Below, piece by piece: positions 32,844 through 42,849 of a stretch of 51,586 nucleotides of DNA; positions within the stretch are counted from its first letter, which is position 1; each line of letters begins with the position of its first letter. Origin of the DNA: an uncultured bacterium (lineage in GTDB: Bacteria; Fidelibacterota; Marinisomatia; SCGC-AAA003-L08; GCA-2689995); NCBI GenBank assembly GCA_964529325.1, contig CAZGWH010000006.1:12424-64009 (forward strand), given 5' to 3'. Both the position numbers and the translations under genes were made by a program. Under the pieces are notes generated by a model. It searched no databases. It worked only from the letters and a program-made list of their open reading frames with translations, and was not told where the DNA came from.

Positions 32844-34243
32844 AAGCATTTATAAAAGAATCAATTATTTATAGCACTGGACTCGTTTTTACTAGGTTAG
32901 CTTCTTTTTTACTTGTTCCATTTTTTACTCATGTTTTTTCCCCCGAACAAACAGGACAAATATATCTATTTTATTCCACTCTTGCATTTTTAAATATTAT
33001 ATCAAATCATGGAATGGATGCCGCTTTATTTAAATTTATTGGTGAAAAAAAATGGAAACAGGAAGATATAATAAAGTCGATAGTAATTTATCAATTTCTA
33101 ATTTTATTTATATTATATGGAATAATTATAGTTTTTGCGAAACCATTATCAAGTTTAATTTTTGGTGATGACCAATTTTATTGGGTGTATATATTAGGCT
33201 CTGTATTATTTTGTGATTCGCTTTCTCAACGAGGTATGATTTTATTGCGAATAAATTCTAAGGCAGTATTGTTTATCCTTATTTCGATTGGGAATATTAT
33301 CCTGACTTTATCTTCTGTGTATTATTTTGTAATATACAAGTATAATGAAGTTGTTGGTGTTTTTCATGGCGTATTTTTTGCATCACTCATCCAGTTTTTG
33401 GTTTTATTTATTTTGGTTTATTTACCTAGTTTAAAAGGTGTTGGCTCTACCAAAATTGTTAAAAAAATGGTTAAATTTGGTATTCCTTTTCTTCCTGCGG
33501 GTCTTTTATTTTTGATTACAGAGCTTTCGGATAGGTATTTTATTTTATGGTTTTTAGGGGAAAGTCAAGTTGGTATTTATAGTATTGCCTATAAAATTGG
33601 ATCTATTCCTTTGATTTTAATTTCAGGGATAAATTTGGCATGGCAACCCTTTTATGTAAAAAAGAAAAATAATGCTGAAACCCGAAATATTTTTGGCGGG
33701 ATTGGTAATTTTATTTTATTTGGTTTTATTTTAAGCATAACAACAATATCTATTTGGTTACCATTTATTGATAAACTTGGTATTATAAGTTCAAGTTATA
33801 CCGAATCTATTACGATTATACCATTTATATTTTTAGGATATTTATTTTATACTTGGTACATTTTATTAATGCCTTCCATCTTTTTAAAATCAAAGCAAAA
33901 TTGGGAACCAATATTAAGAGGAATGGCGGCATTTGTAAATATAATTTTAAATATACTACTTATTCCTAAATATGGAATTTTAGGAGCTACAATTTCTACG
34001 ATGGTCGCCTATATTGTAATGAGTGGCTTTCTTTATTACAAAAACAAAGAATGGATGGATATTCCAATTCAATATAATATTATTATACCATATTTTATTT
34101 TTTCCATTTTGGTTTATGTATTTACATCGGTTAACAAAAATATAGATTATGAGTATATAACTATTTTTTATTTCGTTGTTTCTTATTTTGTTTTAAAAAT
34201 GATTTTACAGCTTTCAAACTTGACTAGAAAAATATTTTATTAA
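32840..34243 (+). CDS. Wzx-like oligosaccharide flippase (MOP superfamily)
   Basis: 12-14 TM helices; SFLLVPFFT, SDRYFI..LG...VGIYSIAYK, LLIPKYGILGA. Confidence 0.9.
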   Translation: MKAFIKESIIYSTGLVFTRLASFLLVPFFTHVFSPEQTGQIYLFYSTLAFLNIISNHGMDAALFKFIGEKKWKQEDIIKSIVIYQFLILFILYGIIIVFAKPLSSLIFGDDQFYWVYILGSVLFCDSLSQRGMILLRINSKAVLFILISIGNIILTLSSVYYFVIYKYNEVVGVFHGVFFASLIQFLVLFILVYLPSLKGVGSTKIVKKMVKFGIPFLPAGLLFLITELSDRYFILWFLGESQVGIYSIAYKIGSIPLILISGINLAWQPFYVKKKNNAETRNIFGGIGNFILFGFILSITTISIWLPFIDKLGIISSSYTESITIIPFIFLGYLFYTWYILLMPSIFLKSKQNWEPILRGMAAFVNIILNILLIPKYGILGATISTMVAYIVMSGFLYYKNKEWMDIPIQYNIIIPYFIFSILVYVFTSVNKNIDYEYITIFYFVVSYFVLKMILQLSNLTRKIFY

Positions 34244-34244
34244 A

Positions 34245-35171
34245 TTGCCTTCTCTTGTTTCAATAATAATTCCTGCATATAATCGTCCTGATGAATTATC
34301 ACATTCAATTAATTCTGTTTTAAAACAAAGCTATGATAACCTAGAAATTATAATTGTTGACGATTGTTCCTCTTTAGATTTAAAAAATATAGTTGAAAAA
34401 TTTAAAGATAATAGAATTCAATATTTTAAGAGAGAAAAAAATTTAGGCGTTACAGAATCAAGGAAATTTGGTATCCAAATATCAAAAGGTGATTATATAG
34501 GGTTTTTAGATGATGATGATTATTTAGAACCAAATTGTATTCAAGACAAGATGGAAGTAGTGTTACAATCTTCTGATTTGAATTTAGTGATAAGTGATTA
34601 TAAAGAAAATAATTTAATAACTAAAATTCAAACTTATCATAATATGCAGTCTTTTTATACAGACTTTTCTTATGAAATTTTTAAAAGACCAGGGCCATTT
34701 TTTCAGTGTTGTTTATTTAAATCAGAATTATTGGAAGATTATAATTCTCTTTTTGATAAAAATGCTATTCCTTCTGAAGATTGGGATTTTTTTATCAATT
34801 TATCAAATAAAAACCTAAATATTGGTTATATAAATAAATCTCATTTTACGTGGAAATTTTCAAATAAAAGTCAATCTTCAAACTATACTAATGAAGCAGT
34901 AGGATTAAAATATATTTTAAAAAAGCATAGAAGTTTATTTTTTAATAGAGTTGGTAAATCAATATATAGCGATCATCATAGAATGGTTGCACGTGTATTT
35001 GAAAAAAGTAAAGACATATTAAATGCAAAAAAAAATTATCAATTAGCTTTTAAAATAAATCCAATAGATATTAAAAATATTCTTTATTTATTAATTTCAA
35101 ACTTAAATGATAAAAGTTTTATTCAACTGGTAAGTTGGATGCGTACATTGAGGAAAACGATTTTTGTCTAA
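34245..35171 (+). CDS. Glycosyltransferase family 2
   Basis: VSIIIPAYNR, IIVDDCS, FLDDDD, EDWDF. Confidence 0.93.
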   Translation: MPSLVSIIIPAYNRPDELSHSINSVLKQSYDNLEIIIVDDCSSLDLKNIVEKFKDNRIQYFKREKNLGVTESRKFGIQISKGDYIGFLDDDDYLEPNCIQDKMEVVLQSSDLNLVISDYKENNLITKIQTYHNMQSFYTDFSYEIFKRPGPFFQCCLFKSELLEDYNSLFDKNAIPSEDWDFFINLSNKNLNIGYINKSHFTWKFSNKSQSSNYTNEAVGLKYILKKHRSLFFNRVGKSIYSDHHRMVARVFEKSKDILNAKKNYQLAFKINPIDIKNILYLLISNLNDKSFIQLVSWMRTLRKTIFV

Positions 35172-36258
35172 ATCTGTAATTATAGCATTTCTTGGAAATA
35201 TAAAATTTGATGCAAGATGTTTAAATATGGCGGAAACATTGAGTAAATCAGGGTTTATGGTTACAATTATAAATGAAAAAAGTGATGATATTATTAAAAG
35301 TGATAATTTTAATACTCATTATATTGATACAAAATTAAATAATGGTATCCGTCGATATTGGAATTTTCATTGCAAGGTACAAGCTTTATCAAATTCAATT
35401 AATCCCGATATATTTATTGCGGGAGATTTATTTTCATTGGCTGTTTGTGCTAATCAAAATCAAAAATGTATTAAAATTTATGATTCTAGAGAGCTTTATT
35501 CGAAGTTAGCTGGGTTAGTAAAAAAACCATTTAAACAATTATTTTGGTCGATGTATGAACAAATTTTTTATAAAAAAATAAATAAAGTAATTGTTACTGC
35601 AAAATCAGATAAAACTTATTTAATTAATAAATATGGCGAAAAAGAAATTGAAATAATTTATAATTTCCCTAACAGTCAAATTAAAAAAACACATGTTGAT
35701 CTTCGGAAACGGTTTAATATTTCGCCTAATTATAAAATATTTATTTATCAAGGAGCTATTCAAATAGGTCGAGGTATAGACGAAATGATAAATTTATTAA
35801 CAGATTTTAAAGAATGTGTTGCTGTTATAATTGGTGAAGGAGAATATAAAATTCAACTTGAAAAATTAGCGGATAAAATAAAAGTACATAATAGGGTCTT
35901 TTTTATTGGCAATATTCCATATAATGAATTATTAAGCATTACAAACCAGGCAGATATTGGATTCTCATTAATTCAGCCGATAAGTCAAAGCTATATACAA
36001 GCCTTGCCAAATAAATTATTTGAATATGGCTTAGCTGGAATTCCAACAATTTCAAGCGATTTTCCTGAATTAAAAAAATATACAGAAAATTATAATTTAG
36101 GTTTAGCTGTTAATCCAACAAATTATAAATCCCAGTTAAATGCAGTTTCAAAACTCTTATCATGGACAAATAGAGATGAAATTAAAAAAACAGTTGAACA
36201 AAATTTTACTTGGGAATCACAGGTGTCAATTTTTTTAAATTTAATGAAATTTAATTAA
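35164..36258 (+). CDS. GT-B glycosyltransferase (GT4-like)
   Basis: YDSRELY, IYQG....RG, ALPNKLFEY..AGIP. Confidence 0.9.
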   Translation: MSKSVIIAFLGNIKFDARCLNMAETLSKSGFMVTIINEKSDDIIKSDNFNTHYIDTKLNNGIRRYWNFHCKVQALSNSINPDIFIAGDLFSLAVCANQNQKCIKIYDSRELYSKLAGLVKKPFKQLFWSMYEQIFYKKINKVIVTAKSDKTYLINKYGEKEIEIIYNFPNSQIKKTHVDLRKRFNISPNYKIFIYQGAIQIGRGIDEMINLLTDFKECVAVIIGEGEYKIQLEKLADKIKVHNRVFFIGNIPYNELLSITNQADIGFSLIQPISQSYIQALPNKLFEYGLAGIPTISSDFPELKKYTENYNLGLAVNPTNYKSQLNAVSKLLSWTNRDEIKKTVEQNFTWESQVSIFLNLMKFN

Positions 36259-37373
36259 TGAAAATAAATTTTATTAGTTTAGACATTCCATATCCTCCAA
36301 ACTATGGAGGGGCAATTGATATTTTTTATAAAATTAAAGCTTTTTCAAAATTAGGTTGTAAAATAGATCTTCATTGTTTTTATTCAGATAGAGTCACGGC
36401 TTTTGAATTAGAAGAATATTGCGAAAATGTATATTATTACCCGAGAATAAATAATATTAATACACAAATATTTAGTAAAAATCCATTTTTAGTTGAATCA
36501 AGAACATCAAAAAAATTAATTAATAATTTAAATAAAAATAATTATCCAATATTTTTTGATGGCTTACAAAGTACAGCGATTTCAACTTATCCAAATTTTA
36601 AAAACAGAAATAAATATTTACGAATTCATAATATTGAATCTGAATATTTAAAAAGATTAGCCATATCGGAAAATAATTTAATTAAAAAAGGAGGGTTATT
36701 TTTAGAATCAATTAAATATAAATTTTTTGAGAAAAAGGTAGAACAGTTTAATTATATATTTACAATTTCTGATAATGATAGAAATTTTTATAATGCATTT
36801 AATAATAATATTAAAACAATCTTACCATTTCATGGAAATAATGGAATTAAAAGTTTAAAGGGTAGGGGTAAGTTTGTTCTTTACCATGGAAATTTTAATG
36901 TAAGTGAAAATACAAATTCAGCTAAATTTTTAATTAATAATATCTTTAACACATTAGATTTTCCATTGATAATTGCTGGAATAAATGCGTCACAAAATTT
37001 ATCGTTAAATAAAAATAAAAACATTAAAATTATTAATAACCCAGATCAATCTGAAATGGATTTATTAATTCAAACTGCTCAAATAAACATATTGCCAACA
37101 TCACAAGCAACAGGAGTAAAATTAAAATTAATTAATAGTTTATTTAACGGGAGACACTGTATTGTAAATTCAAAAATGATATCTCCTACTCCTAAATTAG
37201 AAGAACTCTGTATAGTTTGTGATTCGGATGATGTATTTAAAAACCAAATAAATAAATTTATGGAGATTCCATTTGATTCAAAAATGATTGAAAAAAGAAA
37301 GTTGTTATTAAATACGAGATTAGATGATTTAAAAAATGCGCAAATAATTTTAGACACAATAAAAAATGAATAA
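36258..37373 (+). CDS. GT-B glycosyltransferase (FCB-type putative mannosyltransferase)
   Basis: PYPPNYGG.IDIFYK, HNIE..Y, TGVKLKL motifs. Confidence 0.8.
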   Translation: MKINFISLDIPYPPNYGGAIDIFYKIKAFSKLGCKIDLHCFYSDRVTAFELEEYCENVYYYPRINNINTQIFSKNPFLVESRTSKKLINNLNKNNYPIFFDGLQSTAISTYPNFKNRNKYLRIHNIESEYLKRLAISENNLIKKGGLFLESIKYKFFEKKVEQFNYIFTISDNDRNFYNAFNNNIKTILPFHGNNGIKSLKGRGKFVLYHGNFNVSENTNSAKFLINNIFNTLDFPLIIAGINASQNLSLNKNKNIKIINNPDQSEMDLLIQTAQINILPTSQATGVKLKLINSLFNGRHCIVNSKMISPTPKLEELCIVCDSDDVFKNQINKFMEIPFDSKMIEKRKLLLNTRLDDLKNAQIILDTIKNE

Positions 37374-38283
37374 ATCGGTTGCAGTTATAGATTTAGGCAC
37401 AAATTCATTAATTACAATTATTGCAATTATATCTAAAAATAATATTAAAATATCTGAAGAAAACTATCAAATAATTAAACTTGGTGAAGGAATTGCAGAA
37501 TTCAATTTAATTTCTGATAATGCAATAAATAGATGTATTCAAGGGTTTCAAATTATATCAAAATTATTAAAAAGAAATAATATTACAAATGTTAACTGTG
37601 TTGCCACAAGTGCTTTGCGAGATGCATTAAATGGACAGGAAATAATAGATATAATTAAAAATAAATTCGATATAAAAATTCAAGTTATTTCTGGAATTCA
37701 AGAAGCAAACTTTGTCAGAATGGCGACATTAAATGAATTTGACCTTAAATCTAAAATATCATTAATTTTTGATATCGGCGGTGGAAGTACAGAATTAATA
37801 TTTTTAAATAATGAAAAAATAATTCACATTGAAAGCATCAACATTGGATCTGTAAGATGCACTGAATTATTTTTACAAAATACTCTAATTAATGATGAAC
37901 TTGTTATTAAACTTGAATCTTTTATTGATTCTCAATTAGAAAAAATACCTTTTTATGATATAAATATTGCAATTGGGATTGCAGGCACTATTACCACATT
38001 ATCATCCGTTAAAATAGGGTTAGAACCGTATTGTGCAGAAACGATTCATAAATCTAAATTAACAATAGATGATGTAAAAAAATTAAAAAACCAGTTTATT
38101 AAAAATCAAATAAGCGGTTTAAAAAAAATAAAAGGATTAGACTCTAAAAGAGCGGAAATAATTTTAGCAGGTTGTATTATTTGTGAAAAAATTATGGAGA
38201 AGTATAAAATTAAAAAAATATTAGTAAGCGATAAAGGATTACGCTGGGGTGTTTTACAAAGTCTGAGAGAATTTAATTCTTAA
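37366..38283 (+). CDS. ppx: Ppx/GppA-family phosphatase (short form, no HD domain)
   Basis: IDLGTNS, ATSALRDA.N, DIGGGSTE, GLRWG. Confidence 0.9.
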   Translation: MNKSVAVIDLGTNSLITIIAIISKNNIKISEENYQIIKLGEGIAEFNLISDNAINRCIQGFQIISKLLKRNNITNVNCVATSALRDALNGQEIIDIIKNKFDIKIQVISGIQEANFVRMATLNEFDLKSKISLIFDIGGGSTELIFLNNEKIIHIESINIGSVRCTELFLQNTLINDELVIKLESFIDSQLEKIPFYDINIAIGIAGTITTLSSVKIGLEPYCAETIHKSKLTIDDVKKLKNQFIKNQISGLKKIKGLDSKRAEIILAGCIICEKIMEKYKIKKILVSDKGLRWGVLQSLREFNS

Positions 38284-38767
38284 TTTTTTCGTAATCTTCC
38301 AATAATAATTCTTCCTCGGAAATAACATCCCAATCATCACTTTGAAATTTTGGTTCAGCTTTTTTAGGTTCATAGTCAATAAATGGATTAATTGGTGCAG
38401 GTACTATCTCTTGGATATATCTAAATAATAGACCTGAAACAAGAAATAAAAATAAAATTGACAATGCTTTCCAAATACCATCATTATTAAAAACAAAACC
38501 ACCAAGGGGAATTGCCGTTGGTTCAACTCCAAAATTAAAGAAAATTGAAATTGAAATTATTAATCCAGCACCAATAAGTGTATTGCCGATTAATTTATAA
38601 TTTTTTTCAACTTCCCAAAATAAGCCAACGCATAACCATGCTAAAATTGAAGTGAAAGCAAATATGAGTGAAGACTCAAAACGGTCTTGATATATTGCGT
38701 AAAGAAATAATATTAAGCCGATACTTAATATTCCACTCTTTATCCATTTTAAATTTTTGTTTAACAT
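38273..38767 (-). CDS. Hypothetical membrane protein (about four TM helices, acidic tail)
   Basis: 164-aa ORF with four hydrophobic stretches; no recognised motif. Confidence 0.7.
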   Translation of the reverse strand: MLNKNLKWIKSGILSIGLILFLYAIYQDRFESSLIFAFTSILAWLCVGLFWEVEKNYKLIGNTLIGAGLIISISIFFNFGVEPTAIPLGGFVFNNDGIWKALSILFLFLVSGLLFRYIQEIVPAPINPFIDYEPKKAEPKFQSDDWDVISEEELLLEDYEKIKN

Positions 38768-38850
38768 TATTGTAATATTTTATTAATAGTTGACCGACTA
38801 ATTTCTGAATAGATTAGTATAATACTCAAATAAAAAATAAAAAACTTGAA

Positions 38851-39543
38851 TTATCTTCTATTTCCTAAAAATCGAAGTAAGAAAATAAATAAATTTATGA
38901 AATCAAGAAATAAAACTAAGGCACCTAGAATTGCTTTTTTTGTACCTGTTTCTGAATATATTTCACCACCTTGATACATTTGAAGGATTTTCTGAGTATC
39001 ATAAGCAGTTAGTCCCGTAAAAATGATAACACCAATTGCTGAAATCGCCATTTGCATGATATTACTTCCAACAAAAATATTTATAATGGATGAAATAATA
39101 ATTCCAATTAAACCCATATATAAAAAACTTCCCATTGAAGTTAAATCTTTTTTAGTTGTCATACCAAAAATTGCCATGCCACCAAATAAAGCAGAAGTAC
39201 TTAAAAAAGTTGTTGCGATTGATTCGGTAGTATAAATCATGGTTAGTCCAGAAAGCGACACCCCTGTTAGAGCGGTATAAAGAAGAAACATACCTGTTGC
39301 ACCATTAACAGACATATTCATTACATGTCGAGAAATTCGGTAAACTAAAAATATTTGCCCAATGAATAAAAATAAATACCATGAGCCAGGAATAAATCCG
39401 ATATTATTTGCTGTCCAATGTGCTGTAAGTGCTGTGACGAGTAATCCGCCACCCATCCATCCAAAAACTTTATTCATATATGTACTTGCTTCTGCAGATG
39501 TTGGTTGAGACGATGTTTGAAATATATTTTGTTGATTAAACAT
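38851..39543 (-). CDS. Bax inhibitor-1/YccA (YbhL-like) membrane protein
   Basis: TKKDLTSMG, FTGLTAYDTQKI, LFLDFINLF; seven TM helices. Confidence 0.93.
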   Translation of the reverse strand: MFNQQNIFQTSSQPTSAEASTYMNKVFGWMGGGLLVTALTAHWTANNIGFIPGSWYLFLFIGQIFLVYRISRHVMNMSVNGATGMFLLYTALTGVSLSGLTMIYTTESIATTFLSTSALFGGMAIFGMTTKKDLTSMGSFLYMGLIGIIISSIINIFVGSNIMQMAISAIGVIIFTGLTAYDTQKILQMYQGGEIYSETGTKKAILGALVLFLDFINLFIFLLRFLGNRR

Positions 39544-39650
39544 TTTCTATCCTTTTAATGATATTTGGTTAAAAATTTATATAAGTAAATTACGAATATT
39601 TATAGAATTAAGAATATTAGTAGAAATATTTTTTTTCTTATAATGTTCCA

Positions 39651-40712
39651 TTAATTTAAATCTGTAGCAAATTTTTCTTTATAAATTAGCTGTCCACATC
39701 CAGCTTCTATATCTTGACCTTTACTCCAGCGGACTAATATTCGATACCCATTTTGATTTTTGTGTAAAATATTTAAAAAATCATTTAATGATTTTTCTGT
39801 AGGGCGTTGATAAACCCCGTCGGATTCATTATATGGTATGATATTTAATTTACAATCAACTCCGTTTAAAAGAGATGCGAGTTCTATTGCATTTTCAATT
39901 GAGTCATTGATTCCTTTCATTAAAACATATTCAAACATGACTTGTCTTCGTTTTAACGATGAAAACCGTTTACCTTCTTTTATAATTTGCCTAATATTCC
40001 ATTTTTTATTAATTGGCATAATATTATCACGAACATCATCATTTGATGCATTTAAAGAAATTGCTAGTTTGTATTTTTGTTCTTCTTCAATAAATTGTTT
40101 TATTTTTGGTAATATTCCTGCTGTTGAAATTGTAATACGGTGCTTTCCGAGATTAAAACCCCGTGGATTATGAAAAATGTCGGCTGATTTAATTACCCGA
40201 TCATAATTTAAAAATGGTTCACCCATACCCATAAAAACGACATTTGTAATTGGAGTATCAATCTTATTTCTTACATAAATGAGTTGATCAACAATTTCTC
40301 CAATCGATAAATTTCGAATAAACCCCATTTTTCCTGTAGCACAAAAATCACAATCTACATTGCAACCAATTTGAGATGAAATACATACGGTATGGCGGTT
40401 TTCATGAACCATACTTACCGTTTCAATAAATTGATTATCTTTTAATCTAAATAAATATTTAATTGTTTCTTCAAACTTAGATTGTGTTGCTAATTCTAAT
40501 TCTAGAGTTGATAGTGTTGCATGCTCTTTAAGGTAATTTCTAAATTTCTGACTAATATTTAGCATTTTATCAGCATGATCAACTCCCTTTCTATACATCC
40601 ATTCATAGAGTTGAATGCCTCTAAAAGAAGTTTCGCCTACAGATTTACACCATGTTTGTAACTCTGTTAGCCCCATTCCCTTTATTGCGATTTTCGAATT
40701 TTGCAACATCAT
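39651..40712 (-). CDS. rlmN: Dual-specificity 23S rRNA/tRNA methyltransferase RlmN
   Basis: CISSQIGC, CxxxCxxC (CNVDCDFC), MGMGEP, C-terminal AGCGQL. Confidence 0.96.
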   Translation of the reverse strand: MMLQNSKIAIKGMGLTELQTWCKSVGETSFRGIQLYEWMYRKGVDHADKMLNISQKFRNYLKEHATLSTLELELATQSKFEETIKYLFRLKDNQFIETVSMVHENRHTVCISSQIGCNVDCDFCATGKMGFIRNLSIGEIVDQLIYVRNKIDTPITNVVFMGMGEPFLNYDRVIKSADIFHNPRGFNLGKHRITISTAGILPKIKQFIEEEQKYKLAISLNASNDDVRDNIMPINKKWNIRQIIKEGKRFSSLKRRQVMFEYVLMKGINDSIENAIELASLLNGVDCKLNIIPYNESDGVYQRPTEKSLNDFLNILHKNQNGYRILVRWSKGQDIEAGCGQLIYKEKFATDLN

Positions 40713-40831
40713 TAAAATTAGGGCAATATATGAATATAGTTTTTTGAGTTTATTTTAATAAAACTAAATCTAATTCTTTTTCTAAAATATTAAAAACCAA
40801 TAGATTCACCCCCTGAATAAATGGAAAAAAC

Positions 40832-41809
40832 ATGAACAATATTAAAAAAGTAGAAGAGTTATTCAAATTAAAATCAAACCTTGAGGCAGAGGTTGGAAAA
40901 GTAATTATTGGGCAAAAAGAAATAATTGACCAATTATTTATTGCTTTATTGTGTAAAGGACATGTAATGCTAGAGGGTGTTCCTGGGTTGGCGAAAACTT
41001 TGCTTATTAATACGCTGTCTGATGCAATGAAGTTAAATTTTAGCCGAATACAATTTACACCTGATTTAATGCCAAGTGATATTACAGGAACTGAGATTTT
41101 AGAAGAGGATTCAACCACAGGAAAACGAGTTTTTAAGTTTTTTAAAGGACCTATTTTTGGAAATATCATTCTCGCAGATGAGATAAATCGAACCCCTCCG
41201 AAAACACAAGCATCACTTTTAGAAGCAATGCAAGAACATAAAGTAACTGTAAATGGAAAAACATACATCCTCGAAGAGCCCTTTTTTGTTTTAGCAACTC
41301 AAAATCCAATTGAACAAGAAGGTACATATCCATTGCCTGAAGCACAATTAGATCGTTTTTTATTTAAATTAACGATTGATTATCCTTCAGCAGATGAAGA
41401 AGTTGATATTGTAAAATCAACAACAGGTGAAAGCCCAGAAATTGTTAACCCAATTGTAAACCAATCTCAATTAATTGAATTTCAAGAATTAATTCGTAAC
41501 ATCCCTGTGGCTGATAATGTGATTGAATATGCCGTAAATTTTGTTCGGAAAACGCGTCCAAGCGAAGGTATTATGCCAGAGTCAATTAAAAAATTATTGG
41601 ACTGGGGGGCAGGCCCAAGAGCAAGTGCAGGATTAATTTTAGCATCGAAAGCGAATGCGGTTTTAAACCAGAGAACAACGCCAGACATAGCTGATGTGCA
41701 AATGATGATAAAACCTGTTCTAAGGCACCGTATTATTCCAAATTTCAATGCTGAGTCTGAAGGTATAACAAGTGATGATATTTTAGATTTAGTATTACAG
41801 GATAAATAA
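40832..41809 (+). CDS. MoxR-family AAA+ ATPase
   Basis: GVPGLAKT, RIQFTPDLMPSD, DEINRTPPKTQ, TYPLPEAQLDRF. Confidence 0.96.
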   Translation: MNNIKKVEELFKLKSNLEAEVGKVIIGQKEIIDQLFIALLCKGHVMLEGVPGLAKTLLINTLSDAMKLNFSRIQFTPDLMPSDITGTEILEEDSTTGKRVFKFFKGPIFGNIILADEINRTPPKTQASLLEAMQEHKVTVNGKTYILEEPFFVLATQNPIEQEGTYPLPEAQLDRFLFKLTIDYPSADEEVDIVKSTTGESPEIVNPIVNQSQLIEFQELIRNIPVADNVIEYAVNFVRKTRPSEGIMPESIKKLLDWGAGPRASAGLILASKANAVLNQRTTPDIADVQMMIKPVLRHRIIPNFNAESEGITSDDILDLVLQDK

Positions 41810-41810
41810 T

Positions 41811-42698
41811 TTGTCGAGAGAATTTCTCACTCCTGAAGTTATTTCTAAAATTGATAGTTTACAATTTAGAGCAAGAATGGTTGTTGAAGGATTTATAGTT
41901 GGACATCATAAAAGTCCTTTTCATGGGTTTTCGGCTGAGTTTTCTGAACATCGAGCTTATGGAATCGGTGACGAAATTAAACATATTGATTGGAAGTTAT
42001 TCGGTAAAACAGATCGCTATTTTGTAAAACAGTTTGAGGAAGAAACAAATTTAAGAGCTCATTTATTATTAGATCAAAGTAGCTCAATGAATTATGGTTC
42101 AGGGGCATTAACTAAGTTAGAATATGCCCAAACCTTGTTTGCCTCTTTTTGTTATTTAATGCTTAAACAGCAGGATGCCGTCGGTTTAACTTTGTTTGAT
42201 ACTAAAGTCCGGAAATTTATTCCACCACGGTCAAAATCAAGTCATTTAAATGTATTAATGTCCGCATTGTCTAATATAGCTCCCGGAGGAGAAACTTCAA
42301 TTGCTCCAATTTTACATGAAATAGCTGAAAAAATTCATAAAAGAGGGCTTATTATTTTAATTTCAGATTTATTTGATGACCCACAAAAAACATTTAATGG
42401 ATTAAAACATTTTAGATATAATGGTCATGAAGTTGTCGTATTTCATATTTTAGACCCCGAAGAAATGGAATTAAATTTTAAAGAACGAATTCGATTTGTA
42501 GATAAAGAGACGGGTGAAAAAATCACAACAGACCCTTGGCATATAAAACAGGCATATAAAACAGAGATGCAAGAATTTTGTGATTATTATAAATTAAATT
42601 GTAGAAAAAATAGAATGGATTATGTTCAAGTATTTACGAATCAAAGACTTGATGAAGTCGTTGCAAATTATTTAATAAAAAGAGGTAGTTTTAGATAA
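41811..42698 (+). CDS. DUF58 / vWA-like MoxR partner
   Basis: GHHKSPFHGFSAEF, IDWK, EEETN, MIDAS-like DQSSSM, LISD. Confidence 0.92.
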   Translation: MSREFLTPEVISKIDSLQFRARMVVEGFIVGHHKSPFHGFSAEFSEHRAYGIGDEIKHIDWKLFGKTDRYFVKQFEEETNLRAHLLLDQSSSMNYGSGALTKLEYAQTLFASFCYLMLKQQDAVGLTLFDTKVRKFIPPRSKSSHLNVLMSALSNIAPGGETSIAPILHEIAEKIHKRGLIILISDLFDDPQKTFNGLKHFRYNGHEVVVFHILDPEEMELNFKERIRFVDKETGEKITTDPWHIKQAYKTEMQEFCDYYKLNCRKNRMDYVQVFTNQRLDEVVANYLIKRGSFR

Positions 42699-42762
42699 AT
42701 CGTAAAAATAAAATAAATTTTTGAAATTTTAAGATGGGGGAATTCTTAGAATTATTGAGATT

Positions 42763-42791
42763 AAGGGCAGAAATATCTGCCCTTCCTTTTT
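42763..42791 (+). terminator. Intrinsic terminator after moxR-DUF58
   Basis: Perfect 9-bp stem AAGGGCAGA-AATA-TCTGCCCTT followed by CCTTTTT. Confidence 0.75.
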
Positions 42792-42849
42792 ATATAGTCA
42801 ATTTTTTAATCTATATCACAAGTTAAATGTTTATCTATTCTTATTATTT

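Noticed and set aside
38790-38823. TTGACC...TATAAT sigma70-like promoter on +
   Set aside because: The spacer is 22 nt (too long) and it points antisense into the BI-1 gene.
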